Shown: positions 10,119 to 18,774 of the stretch, in pieces
How the letters are laid out: each line of letters begins with the position of its first letter
Position numbering within the stretch: the first letter of the stretch is position 1
NCBI GenBank assembly: GCA_031431875.1
Contig: JANPEF010000111.1
Coordinates: 1-35,915, forward strand
DNA length: 35,915 bases
Source: Candidatus Eiseniibacteriota bacterium
GTDB taxonomy: Bacteria; Eisenbacteria; RBG-16-71-46; DASYSL01
Direction: 5' to 3'
Notes under the pieces: model-generated
Seen by the model: the letters and a program-made list of their open reading frames with translations, nothing else
What the model was told of the DNA's origin: nothing
Databases searched by the model: none
Translations under genes and position numbers: made by a program

Positions 10119-10600
10119 TGGACGCCCACCTCCTTCTTGTCTTCTTCCGTCAGCGGGGCGAGCGCGAAGCGATTCATCTTCAGCGCGTCGAGCTCGTCGA
10201 TGATGTCCACCATGGAGTGGAACTTCGCCTCCGGATGCACCTTGATGACGACCACGATCTTCTTCTCGTTCTTGTCCCGCTCCTGCTTGAAGATGCCGGG
10301 CAGGGACTTCCAATCCACCTCTTCGGGCGGCAGTTCACCGACGGTCCACTTGTAGCGGTCGCCGGGCAGCGCGAAGACGGTGAGGATGTTCGACTTCGCG
10401 ATCGGCACCGGCGGGTTGTCCTTCGGCGGCAGGTTGATCTCCAGCGCCTGGGGAGTCCGGAATACGGTGGTGACCATGAAGAAAATGAGGAGGAGGAACG
10501 CGACGTCGACCAGCGGCGTCATGTCGATGCGGATTCCAACCCGCCGTTTCTTCTTGGATTTACCGCCTCCGCTTGGCTGCGGGGTGTCTACGGCACCCAT
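10115..10600 (-). CDS. exbD: ExbD/TolR-family biopolymer transport protein (copy 2)
   Basis: IDMTPLVDVAFLLLIFFMVTT with the conserved TM Asp. Confidence 0.93.
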   Translation of the reverse strand: MGAVDTPQPSGGGKSKKKRRVGIRIDMTPLVDVAFLLLIFFMVTTVFRTPQALEINLPPKDNPPVPIAKSNILTVFALPGDRYKWTVGELPPEEVDWKSLPGIFKQERDKNEKKIVVVIKVHPEAKFHSMVDIIDELDALKMNRFALAPLTEEDKKEVGVQ

Positions 10601-10617
10601 GGATCCTCACCTCCCCC

Positions 10618-11079
10618 CTAGTTCGCCGCCGGAGCGGCAATCCTCTGCTTCTTCTTGGCGTCGGTCACGATGTTGAACCGATTCGCGTTCTGCTCCTGCA
10701 GTTCCTTCATGATCTGCTCGACCACGCCGAACGGCGCATCCCGATCGGCCTTCAGCAGGACGAACGCCGACGGGGCCGAGTAGCGCGCGGTCGTCAGCCA
10801 CTGCCCGAAGTCCTGCGGCGTGATCAGCATGTACTTCTTCTCGCGCCGCTCCGTGAACTCGATGCCCAGTCGCCCCTCGCGGGTCACGTTGACCGTGATG
10901 ATGTTCGACTCGGGTTTCTTGAACTCGGACGCCGACTCCGGAAGCGTGATCTTTTCCTTTTCCGGCGGCTGGAACTGCGTCGTCGTCATGAAGAAGATGA
11001 GGAGCAGGAACGCGACGTCGACCAGCGGCGTCATGTCGATCGCGATCCCGACTCGTTTCGGCTTCCTGACCTTGCTCAT
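10618..11079 (-). CDS. exbD: ExbD/TolR-family biopolymer transport protein (copy 1)
   Basis: IDMTPLVDVAFLLLIFFMTTT and the LKADRDAPFGVV periplasmic motif. Confidence 0.94.
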   Translation of the reverse strand: MSKVRKPKRVGIAIDMTPLVDVAFLLLIFFMTTTQFQPPEKEKITLPESASEFKKPESNIITVNVTREGRLGIEFTERREKKYMLITPQDFGQWLTTARYSAPSAFVLLKADRDAPFGVVEQIMKELQEQNANRFNIVTDAKKKQRIAAPAAN

Positions 11080-11098
11080 CGCGTCCTCGATCCCGACA

Positions 11099-11815
11099 TC
11101 AGTCGGTGGCGCGGGTCGAGAGGAACTGGACCGCCTCGAACGACGCTTCGTCGATCATGTACGAGAAGTTGTCCACCTTGGTGGTGAACACGTTGTAGGC
11201 GACGATCCCGAGGATGGCGACGAGCAGTCCGCCGGCGGTGTTGACCAGCGCCTCGGAAATGCCGAGCGCGAGTTTCGTCGCGTCGACGGCGCCCGAGGTG
11301 CCGAGGGCAGCGAACGAGTTGATCATGCCGATCGTCGTGCCGAGCAGGCCGACCATCGTGGCGATCGAGGCGATCGTCGACAGGGCGACCAGGTTGCGCT
11401 CGAGCAGCGGGCGCTCGAGGCCGTTGGCTTCCTCGATGGCTTCCTGCGTCTCGGTGATGATCTTGTCCTTGGGCAGGCCGTCGGCCTTCGCCGACTGGAA
11501 GCGCTCGAGGCCGGCCCGCATCACGGCTGCCGCCGAGCCGCCCTGCTTGCCGCAGGCTTCGATCGCAGCCTTCACGTCGCCGTCACGCAGGTGACGCTTG
11601 ACGGCGGTGAGGAACACCGGCAGCGGGCTCTTGCCCTGGGCGCGCCGCAGGGACAGCCCGCGCTCGACGACGAACGTCGTGACCATGATCAACAGCCAGA
11701 TGAGCGAGGCGACGAGCGGCCCGCCCTCCTGCAGGAAGTGCGGCAGCTGCTTGAAGATCAGGAACGACACGACCAGGGAAGCGACGATGTAGATCGGCCA
11801 CAGAAAACGCTGCAC
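11099..11815 (-). CDS. exbB: MotA/TolQ/ExbB proton-channel protein
   Basis: LSTIASIATMVGLLGTTIGMI and GISEALVNTAGGL motifs; GTG start with AAGGAGG RBS. Confidence 0.94.
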   Translation of the reverse strand: MQRFLWPIYIVASLVVSFLIFKQLPHFLQEGGPLVASLIWLLIMVTTFVVERGLSLRRAQGKSPLPVFLTAVKRHLRDGDVKAAIEACGKQGGSAAAVMRAGLERFQSAKADGLPKDKIITETQEAIEEANGLERPLLERNLVALSTIASIATMVGLLGTTIGMINSFAALGTSGAVDATKLALGISEALVNTAGGLLVAILGIVAYNVFTTKVDNFSYMIDEASFEAVQFLSTRATD

Positions 11816-11890
11816 GATGCATCCTCCTTACGGTGTTTCGAGCGGCCGCGCTCGGCGAGCCCGCCTCGATGGTGTCAGTGACCTCGAAGT

Positions 11891-12247
11891 TCAGGTCTTG
11901 GCCGGCCCCTGGGCGAAGCTGGCAAGGGCCTTCTCCGCGTCGTCGTAGACGTCGAACACCAGCGACAGCTTGGTGATGACGAAGATGTTCTTGATGCGAT
12001 TGTCGACGCGGCAGAGCTTCATCTGGCCGCCGCGACGCAGGTAACTCGTGTGCGCGGTGATGAGCACGCCCAGCGCGGTCGAGTTGATGTGCTGCGTCTC
12101 GCCCAGGTCGATGAGGAGATGCAGGTTGCCCTCCGCCGCGAGGTCGCGGGTGAGCTTCTCCAGCTCGTCCGTCTCCTCCCCGCCCACGAGATAACCCTTC
12201 GGGGTGAGGACTTCGATGCTCTCCACCGTGCGACGCTTGACGTGCAT
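11891..12247 (-). CDS. STAS-domain anti-sigma factor antagonist (SpoIIAA/RsbV-like)
   Basis: 118 aa; LLIDLGETQHINSTALGVL resembles the xDSSGLG phospho-Ser motif; GGQMKL..IKNIFVITKL..VF..Y. ATG 12247 with GGAGGAG RBS. Confidence 0.88.
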   Translation of the reverse strand: MHVKRRTVESIEVLTPKGYLVGGEETDELEKLTRDLAAEGNLHLLIDLGETQHINSTALGVLITAHTSYLRRGGQMKLCRVDNRIKNIFVITKLSLVFDVYDDAEKALASFAQGPAKT

Positions 12248-12279
12248 TCTCTCCTCCGGTTCCCGGTTCCGGTCGACGA

Positions 12280-14142
12280 TTACAGCCCGAGCGACTTGAG
12301 ACCCTTGGTCGCGTTCGGCTCGCCCGGTTTGAGCTCGAGTACCTTGCGATAGCACTCGACGGCACGGGCGCGATTGCCCGCGTTCTGGTGGGCCTGGCCG
12401 AGCCAGATCCACGACTGCACCTGCTTCGGATCGCGCTTCACCGAGTCCTCGAGGAAGTCGACGGCGCCACCCCAGTTCTTGTTCTTCAGTTCCGCGTAAC
12501 CCAGCTGCTGCTTGGCGATCGCGCCGACGGTGCTGGTGTCGGAAGCCGCCTTCTCGAACGCCAGCTTTGCTTCGGCCGGATTCCCCAGCTTGTCCTCGAT
12601 CGCACCTAGCTGCAGCCACCAACCCGGCTGGTTGGGATCCATCTCGAGAGCTTTCTGGATCAGCGCCTTGGCCGCCGCGTCATCCCCCATCCCCCGCCGG
12701 CAGAGGCCTTGGTAGTAAACGGCTTCCGCCGATTTCGGGTCAAGCGCTAACGCCTTGTCCAGTTCCACCAGCGCCCCGGGGTAGTCCTTGGCCAGGTACT
12801 TCATCTTGCCCCGCTCCATCTGGGCCTTCCGGGCGTCTGCCGAGGTCGAGTCGCGGGCGATGATCTGGCCGTAGGCGCTGTCCGCCGAGGCGTAGAAGGT
12901 CCGTTTGGCCAGGGAGTCCGGCTGCTCGGCGGCGAGACGCCGGTAGGAATCCGCGACGCGCATGTAGTCGACGGGCTCGAGCTTCGCGGCCTTGCCGAAC
13001 GAGGCGATGGCGTTCGCATAGTCCTTCGACTCGTACTGGATGATGCCCATCGTTCGCCACGCCTCGGGCGGAAACGGCTGGCCGCTGTTCCTGATCTCGT
13101 CGAGCAGGCGCCTGGCCTCGGCGCGCCCAGCGGGGCCGCCCTTCTTGAAGTGCGCCTGGGCGAGCAACGCCTTGCCCTCGAGGTTGTTCGGCGCGAGCAC
13201 AAGGAACCTGTCGAGCGCGTCGATCGACTCGAACACGCGCTGCGGGTCCGACTGCGAGGCGAGGTAATAGAGGTGCCCGAGTTTGAGCCAGCCATCGGCG
13301 TACTGGGGATCGGCGTCGACCACCGCCTTGTACTCGTTGAGTGCGTCGTTGTAGAGCGCGCCCTTGTAGTACGCGTTGCCCAGCGCCATGCGCGTGTCGA
13401 GATCGTTGGGATCGATCGTCTTCGCCTGCTGGTAGCTCTCGATGGCGAGCGACGGAATGCGCCGCTGCATGTAGAGGTCACCGAGCGCACGGTAAATCGG
13501 GCCCTGCGTCGACGGCGGCATGTTGAGCGCCGCCTCGCGCGCCTTGATCAGCCACACGTTCGCGGTGGCGAACGAATCGCGCGCTGCCTCGGCCTCGCCC
13601 AGGCCCTTGTAGAACATCGGAACGGTCTTGGCGCCGAACTTCACGCCCTGCTCGTAGACCGCGATCGCCTCGGAGATCTTTTTCTGCTCGACGAGCGCGT
13701 CGCCGAGGCCGAGCTGCGCCTCGGGAAACTTGCGATCGACGTCGGTGGCCTTGCGGAAAGCGGCCTCGGCCTCGACCGGTTGGTTGAGGCGCAGCTGCAT
13801 CGAGCCGATGCCACGCTGCGGCTCGGCCAGGCGCGGATCGAGTTCGGCCGCCTTGCGGTACTCGTCGAGCGCCGGCTGCCACTGGCGCTTCTTCTCGAGG
13901 GCGTTGCCGAGGCCGATCCGGGCCTCGGCATCGTCCGGCGAGGCGGCGACCACCGCGCGATAGGCGCTGACCGCGTCGTCGTAGCGACCTTGGGCCAGGG
14001 CGTCCTTCCCCTCCTTCATCGTCTGCGCCGAGGCCGGCGCGGCGGTGAAGAGGACGAGGGCGAGCGCGAGGAAGGCGCGGGCCCCCATGGAACGCGTGGC
14101 GGGACGCGAAACGTCGAGACGAGCGATCGAGCCGAAATTCAT
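12280..14142 (-). CDS. Secreted/periplasmic multi-TPR protein
   Basis: Signal peptide (FLALALVLFTAAPASA-Q) and many TPR repeats (e.g. ARIGLGNAL..A..EYRKAAELDP). ATG overlaps the upstream stop (ATGA); alternative start near 14089. Confidence 0.88.
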   Translation of the reverse strand: MNFGSIARLDVSRPATRSMGARAFLALALVLFTAAPASAQTMKEGKDALAQGRYDDAVSAYRAVVAASPDDAEARIGLGNALEKKRQWQPALDEYRKAAELDPRLAEPQRGIGSMQLRLNQPVEAEAAFRKATDVDRKFPEAQLGLGDALVEQKKISEAIAVYEQGVKFGAKTVPMFYKGLGEAEAARDSFATANVWLIKAREAALNMPPSTQGPIYRALGDLYMQRRIPSLAIESYQQAKTIDPNDLDTRMALGNAYYKGALYNDALNEYKAVVDADPQYADGWLKLGHLYYLASQSDPQRVFESIDALDRFLVLAPNNLEGKALLAQAHFKKGGPAGRAEARRLLDEIRNSGQPFPPEAWRTMGIIQYESKDYANAIASFGKAAKLEPVDYMRVADSYRRLAAEQPDSLAKRTFYASADSAYGQIIARDSTSADARKAQMERGKMKYLAKDYPGALVELDKALALDPKSAEAVYYQGLCRRGMGDDAAAKALIQKALEMDPNQPGWWLQLGAIEDKLGNPAEAKLAFEKAASDTSTVGAIAKQQLGYAELKNKNWGGAVDFLEDSVKRDPKQVQSWIWLGQAHQNAGNRARAVECYRKVLELKPGEPNATKGLKSLGL

Positions 14143-15149
14143 CGTGACGAATCCCTTTCTCCGGAGCCGGGGGCGGGTCCCGACTCGCGTTGGTGCGTCG
14201 CCGCCGTGGGCAGGCGTCGCGTGAAGCGTACCGGCACCGTCGCCGGCACGAACCCTGCGTCCTTCACCAGTCGTTGCCCGTCGTCGCTCGTGGCGAAGGT
14301 GATGAATCCGCCGCCGAGCGCGACCCCCGGGACCCGCGTGACGATGTGGAACGTCCGCGTGAGCGGGTACTCCTTTCGATACACCGTCTCCGCGTCGAGC
14401 CCGACATACGGCATTCCCTTCGCGCGCGACAGCGCCAGCGCCCGGACCCCGGCGCCGACCGCAGCGGCGGAGACGAACCCCATCCCATCGACCTGGCCGC
14501 GCACGGTGCGCAGCGTGGCCGAATCGCCGGACGTCGTGATCGCCGGCGCCGGGACATCGGCCCGTTCGAGCAGGCTCCGGGCGACGAACTGCGACAGGCC
14601 GGTCTCGGGCCCGGGCAGGACGGGAACCACGGATCGGTCGGATCCGCCGAACTCGCCCCAGCTCACCGCCGGGCGGGAGAGAGCGTCACGCAAATCGTCG
14701 TAGGAGACCTGGAGAACGGGGTTCGACGGGTGGACGATCACGGCCACCCCATCGCGAGCCCAGCGGTACGCCTCCATCTCGAGTCCGGCCTCCGTCGCCG
14801 CCTGCCGCTCGATCGCTTCGATCTCACGGCCGATCACGGCCAGGTCCGCCCGGTTCGCGAAGACGTCCGCCATCGCCTCGCGCGAGGTGCGCGCTGCGAC
14901 CACGAAGCGCGCGTCCGGATATCCCGCGACGAACGCGTCGGTGGTCGCCCGGACGAGCGTGGCCACGTCCGGTTCGGCGACGACCCGGAGGAGCCCGCTG
15001 GTCGGCGAGTCCTCGAGACGCTCCCGGTGTTGCACGTCCGGGCCGCAGCCAGTCGCCAGAAGCAGTACGGGAAGGACCCGAAGGAGGCGGATCCAGCCCG
15101 GACGCGACGGCGATGCGGCGATTCTAAGCAACGACAGGACCGGCGTCAA
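14139..15149 (-). CDS. PstS-like (PBP superfamily) substrate-binding lipoprotein; start codon uncertain
   Basis: Lipobox-like LLLATGC; ARDGVAVIVHPSNPV, SWGEFGG and YPLTR..F..FATSDDGQRLV..GFVP motifs of PstS/PBP-like proteins. Confidence 0.78.
   Translation of the reverse strand: MTPVLSLLRIAASPSRPGWIRLLRVLPVLLLATGCGPDVQHRERLEDSPTSGLLRVVAEPDVATLVRATTDAFVAGYPDARFVVAARTSREAMADVFANRADLAVIGREIEAIERQAATEAGLEMEAYRWARDGVAVIVHPSNPVLQVSYDDLRDALSRPAVSWGEFGGSDRSVVPVLPGPETGLSQFVARSLLERADVPAPAITTSGDSATLRTVRGQVDGMGFVSAAAVGAGVRALALSRAKGMPYVGLDAETVYRKEYPLTRTFHIVTRVPGVALGGGFITFATSDDGQRLVKDAGFVPATVPVRFTRRLPTAATHQRESGPAPGSGERDSSR
15121..15149 (-). promoter_or_regulatory. Near-consensus sigma70 promoter TTGACG-N17-TAGAAT
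   Basis: -35 at 15149-15144, 17-nt spacer, -10 at 15126-15121. Confidence 0.72.
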
Positions 15150-15352
15150 CGCCTGCGGCTCCTTCCGCCCGCAGCGGACGGCGGGCATTCCGGCGGGTGG
15201 GTTCTGCCCGCAAGGTACCCGTCCGGCCACAGGATGTTTCACCCCCGACACCCATTTGACGCAGGTGCGGAGCCCCAATCGATCCGCCGGCCCGGCGCCG
15301 GCTTCGAGTCGCTTCTGCAGCGGATCGTGCAGATCACTGCCAGGACGTGACT

Positions 15353-16669
15353 TCAGGGCTCGAGGCGATTGATCAAGCGGGGGAACGGGATGCTTTCCCG
15401 CACGTGTTCGAGGCCGCAGATCCAGGCCAGGGTGCGCTCGACACCGATGCCGAACCCGGCGTGCGGGACGGAGCCATAGCGGCGCAGGTCGAGGTACCAT
15501 TCGAAGGCCTTCTTGGGCAGCTCGTGGGCCTCGATCTGGGACTCGAGGTAGGCCAGGTCGGCCGAGCGTTGCCCCCCACCCGTGATCTCGCCGTACCCCT
15601 CGGGCGCGAGGCAGTCGACGGACAGGCTGTGGTGCGGGGAGTCCGCGTCGCGTTCCATGTAGAACGCCTTGATTGCCGTCGGAAAGCGGTGCACGAACAC
15701 CGGGCGATCGAAGGACTCGGCGATCGCCGTCTCGTCGGGCGCGCCGAAGTCGCCGCCCCACTCGAACGGCAGCCCCTTCTCGTTGAGCAACTTCACCGCG
15801 TCGTCGTAGTGCAGGCGGTGGAACGGCTTCTTCACGCGCTGCAGGTGCGTGGTGTCGCGTTCGATGCGCTTCAGTTCCTCGGCGCGCTCCTCGAGCACAC
15901 GCCCGACCACGTGCTCGAGCATGTCTTCCTCGAGCGCCATCACGTCGTCGAGCGTGGCCCACGCCATCTCGGGCTCGAGCATCCAGAACTCGATGAGGTG
16001 GCGGCGGGTCTTCGACTTCTCGGCGCGGAACGTGGGCCCGAACGAGTACACCTTCCCGAAGGCCATGGCCGCGGCCTCCATGTACAGCTGGCCGCTCTGC
16101 GTCAGGTACGCCTTCTGGTCGAAGTAGGCGGTCTCGAACAGCGTCGAGGTTCCCTCGCAGGCGTTGGGCGTGAAGATCGGCGCGTCGACGAGCGTGAAGC
16201 CGCGCGTGTCGAAGTAGTCACGCAGGGCGCGGATCAGCGTGGCGCGCACGCGCAGGATCGCGTGCTGTCGTGGCGAGCGCAGCCACAGGTGCCGATGATC
16301 CATCAGGAACTCGGTGCCGTGCTCCTTGGGGGAGATCGGGTACGGCAGGGCGGAGTGGACCACCTCGACCCCGCGCAGCGCGAGTTCGTAGCCGCCCGGG
16401 GCGCGGGTGTCGGCCTTCGGGATCCCGCGGATGACGACCGCCGACTCCTGCGGGAGCGTATCGAGTCCGTCGAAGGCGGGGTCGGGCATCTCGCCCTTGA
16501 CGCCGACGGCCTGGACGAGCCCGCTGCCGTCGCGGACGACCAGGAACTTGACCTTGCCGCTGCCCCGCCGTTGGTGGACCCAGCCGTGGAGGTCGACCTC
16601 GGCGCCGACGTGCTGGCCGAGGTCGGCGATGCGGACGGAAGGAATGGAAGCGGACTCGGACACGGGCAC
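15353..16669 (-). CDS. asnS: Asparagine--tRNA ligase
   Basis: OB-fold start ([22 protein letters not shown]), [55 protein letters not shown]. Confidence 0.96.
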   Translation of the reverse strand: MPVSESASIPSVRIADLGQHVGAEVDLHGWVHQRRGSGKVKFLVVRDGSGLVQAVGVKGEMPDPAFDGLDTLPQESAVVIRGIPKADTRAPGGYELALRGVEVVHSALPYPISPKEHGTEFLMDHRHLWLRSPRQHAILRVRATLIRALRDYFDTRGFTLVDAPIFTPNACEGTSTLFETAYFDQKAYLTQSGQLYMEAAAMAFGKVYSFGPTFRAEKSKTRRHLIEFWMLEPEMAWATLDDVMALEEDMLEHVVGRVLEERAEELKRIERDTTHLQRVKKPFHRLHYDDAVKLLNEKGLPFEWGGDFGAPDETAIAESFDRPVFVHRFPTAIKAFYMERDADSPHHSLSVDCLAPEGYGEITGGGQRSADLAYLESQIEAHELPKKAFEWYLDLRRYGSVPHAGFGIGVERTLAWICGLEHVRESIPFPRLINRLEP

Positions 16670-16715
16670 CCCGGAACGGGAAGCCCCCCGCCGGACGCGA
16701 GGGGCGCAATGATCC

Positions 16716-16742
16716 TCAAGAAGGCTGGAAGGAAGCCGATAA
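16716..16742 (+). promoter_or_regulatory. sigma28 (FliA/WhiG)-type promoter TCAAG-N14-GCCGATAA
   Basis: Exact GCCGATAA -10 at 16735-16742, TCAA(G) -35 at 16716-16720 with canonical spacing, 85 nt upstream of ATG 16828. Confidence 0.7.
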
Positions 16743-16785
16743 ACGGGGCGACCGAGAGGGTCTCGGCGACTCCGTGACGCAGCGG

Positions 16786-16815
16786 ACGCTATCGGCAGGC
16801 GACAAAGCCTGTCAA
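16786..16815 (-). promoter_or_regulatory. sigma70-type promoter TTGACA-N18-TAGCGT, candidate asnS promoter
   Basis: Perfect -35 TTGACA at 16815-16810; TAnnnT -10 at 16791-16786. Confidence 0.55.
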
Positions 16816-16827
16816 GGAAAAGACTCG

Positions 16828-18765
16828 ATGGAATCGAACGTTAGCTCGATCCGAAGCCTCGTGAACGGGGTCGCCTGCGCCCTGCTCCTGACGCTTTCCG
16901 GCCTCTCCGGGTCCCCCGCCGCCGCCGCCCCCGCGGCCCCGGTGGAGGGCCCCGTCGGGCGCCCCGTGGTCACGCCACCGAGCGATCCGGCCGACGTCCA
17001 GGGTTGGTTGGCATGGATGCAGGCCGAGGAGTTGCCGGCCCTGCCGCACGCGGCGACGCTGGTCTACCGCCTCGGCCACGACGCCGCCCGGCGCGGCGAC
17101 AACGAGACCGCCGTTCGGCTGTGGCGCGGCGCCGAGGAACTCGACCCCAGCTACCTCGCCCCGCGCCTGCGCCTGGCGGGCCACTTTGTCTCGCGCGACC
17201 CGGCGCAGGGGCTGATCGAGATCGGGCGCATCGTCGGGCTGGCGCGCATGCAGTTCCGGCTCCAGCACCACTTCACGAGCTACGCGCTGTTCTACGGGTT
17301 GAGCGCGCTGTACCTGGCGACAATCGCGGTGGCCCTCCTGCTCTGCTGGCGTCACCGCGACCGGCTGCGCCACGTCTACACCGAGCTCCTGCAGCGCCGC
17401 ATGCCGGAGCCGCGCGCGCGCGTGTGGGCCACCGTCGGATTGCTGCTGCCGTGGGCGTTCGGGCTGGGCGTGGCGATCCCCGCGACGTTCACCCTGGCGA
17501 TGCTGTGGGGCTACCTGAAGAAGACCGAGCGGATGGTGTTCATCGGGCTGACCGCGCTGCTGGTGGCCAGCCCGACCGCCCTATCCTTCTTCGGCGAGCT
17601 CTCGCTGCCGCTGCGCGAAGGCGAGCCACCGTTCTACTCGACGCTGCGCGTCCCGCAGCAGCCCTACTCGCCCGAGCGCATGGCCGAGCTGTCGGCGCTC
17701 GCCGCGCAGCATCCGGACAACCCGTTCCTCGCCTTCGCCGAAGGCTGGACGGCGCAGAAGGGCAAGCAGTACGACGCCGCCGTGATCGCCTATCGCCGCG
17801 CCGAGGAGCTGTGGCCGCGCGAGGCGCGCATCCCGAACAACCTGGGCAACATCGAGACGCTGCGCGGCAACGGCGAGGCCGCCGAGATGCACTACAAGCG
17901 CGCGATCATGCTGTCGCCGCGCTGGGCCCCGCCGCGCTACAACCTGGGCCAACTCTACACCGCGCGCTTCCGCTATGCCGAGGCGAGCGAGGAGATTGCG
18001 CAGGCGACCGCGCTCGACTTTGATCTCGTGCGCAGCCTCCAGGCTCGCTCGTCGTCGAGCCAGGCGCCGGCGCTGGCCGAGGAGTGGCTCGAACCGTCCG
18101 TCCAGTGGCCGGCGGTCTTCGCCGCCGGCGCCGCCGACGAAGGCGCCGATGCCGTACCGCCTGCGTGGCGTCCGTGGTTCGAGAGTCGCGGCCTTCCGGT
18201 CGCGGTGTGGACGCTGCTGTTCGGGGCGATCGGGCTCGGCGCCGGGCTCGTGCTGCGCCATCACCTGCCGGCCCGCATCTGCGGCAACTGCGGTTCGACG
18301 GTGTGCCGTCGCTGCGCGACGCGCCGCCGGGACTCGGTGCTGTGCGTCGCGTGTTCGGGTGTCGTGGGTACGGCCAGCACGCCCGAGTTCGGGCGCCTGC
18401 TCCTGTTCAAGCGCCGACGCGAGACCCGTCGCCGCGACGGCTGGATCCGGCTCGCTCTCGCGGCCGTCGTGCCCGGGTACGGCGCGATCGCGTTCGATCG
18501 CGTGCTCACCGGCTGGACGATTGCCGCCGTCGCCGCGCTGGCTGGACTGCTCGCCTTCGGCGGCACGGCTCCGTTCCCCTACGATCCGCGCGTCCTGGTC
18601 GACGCGCCCCGACCCGGCGCGATGTTCGCGCTGTCGGTCTTCATCGTCGTCTATCTCATCTCGCTCTTCTCGACGCTGTCGTGGCAGGGCCGCGCCCGCG
18701 AGAACGAGATCGGGCTCGAGTCGTCCTCGGGCAAGTCCGTCGCCCGCATCAAGCGCGCCGCCTAG
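16828..18765 (+). CDS. Multi-pass membrane TPR protein with a Cys-rich (B-box/zinc-finger-like) motif
   Basis: Signal/TM start, two TPR blocks (e.g. [29 protein letters not shown]), several TMs, [13 protein letters not shown]8-LCVAC at 18280-18354. ATG 16828 with AAGGA RBS. Confidence 0.8.
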   Translation: MESNVSSIRSLVNGVACALLLTLSGLSGSPAAAAPAAPVEGPVGRPVVTPPSDPADVQGWLAWMQAEELPALPHAATLVYRLGHDAARRGDNETAVRLWRGAEELDPSYLAPRLRLAGHFVSRDPAQGLIEIGRIVGLARMQFRLQHHFTSYALFYGLSALYLATIAVALLLCWRHRDRLRHVYTELLQRRMPEPRARVWATVGLLLPWAFGLGVAIPATFTLAMLWGYLKKTERMVFIGLTALLVASPTALSFFGELSLPLREGEPPFYSTLRVPQQPYSPERMAELSALAAQHPDNPFLAFAEGWTAQKGKQYDAAVIAYRRAEELWPREARIPNNLGNIETLRGNGEAAEMHYKRAIMLSPRWAPPRYNLGQLYTARFRYAEASEEIAQATALDFDLVRSLQARSSSSQAPALAEEWLEPSVQWPAVFAAGAADEGADAVPPAWRPWFESRGLPVAVWTLLFGAIGLGAGLVLRHHLPARICGNCGSTVCRRCATRRRDSVLCVACSGVVGTASTPEFGRLLLFKRRRETRRRDGWIRLALAAVVPGYGAIAFDRVLTGWTIAAVAALAGLLAFGGTAPFPYDPRVLVDAPRPGAMFALSVFIVVYLISLFSTLSWQGRARENEIGLESSSGKSVARIKRAA

Positions 18766-18774
18766 GAGACCGCC

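Noticed and set aside
15327..15342. Possible sigma54 promoter TGGCAGTGATCTGCA on the - strand
   Set aside because: GG-to-GC spacing is 9 nt, not the required 10.
15150..15352. Possible riboswitch or ncRNA in the ~200-nt gap after asnS
   Set aside because: No recognisable riboswitch, T-box or tRNA motif; only generic GC-rich stems. An Rfam/Infernal search would be needed to exclude it.
15150..15962. 607-aa version of the PstS-like ORF
   Set aside because: The upstream part overlaps asnS out of frame; the lipobox marks the true N-terminal region.
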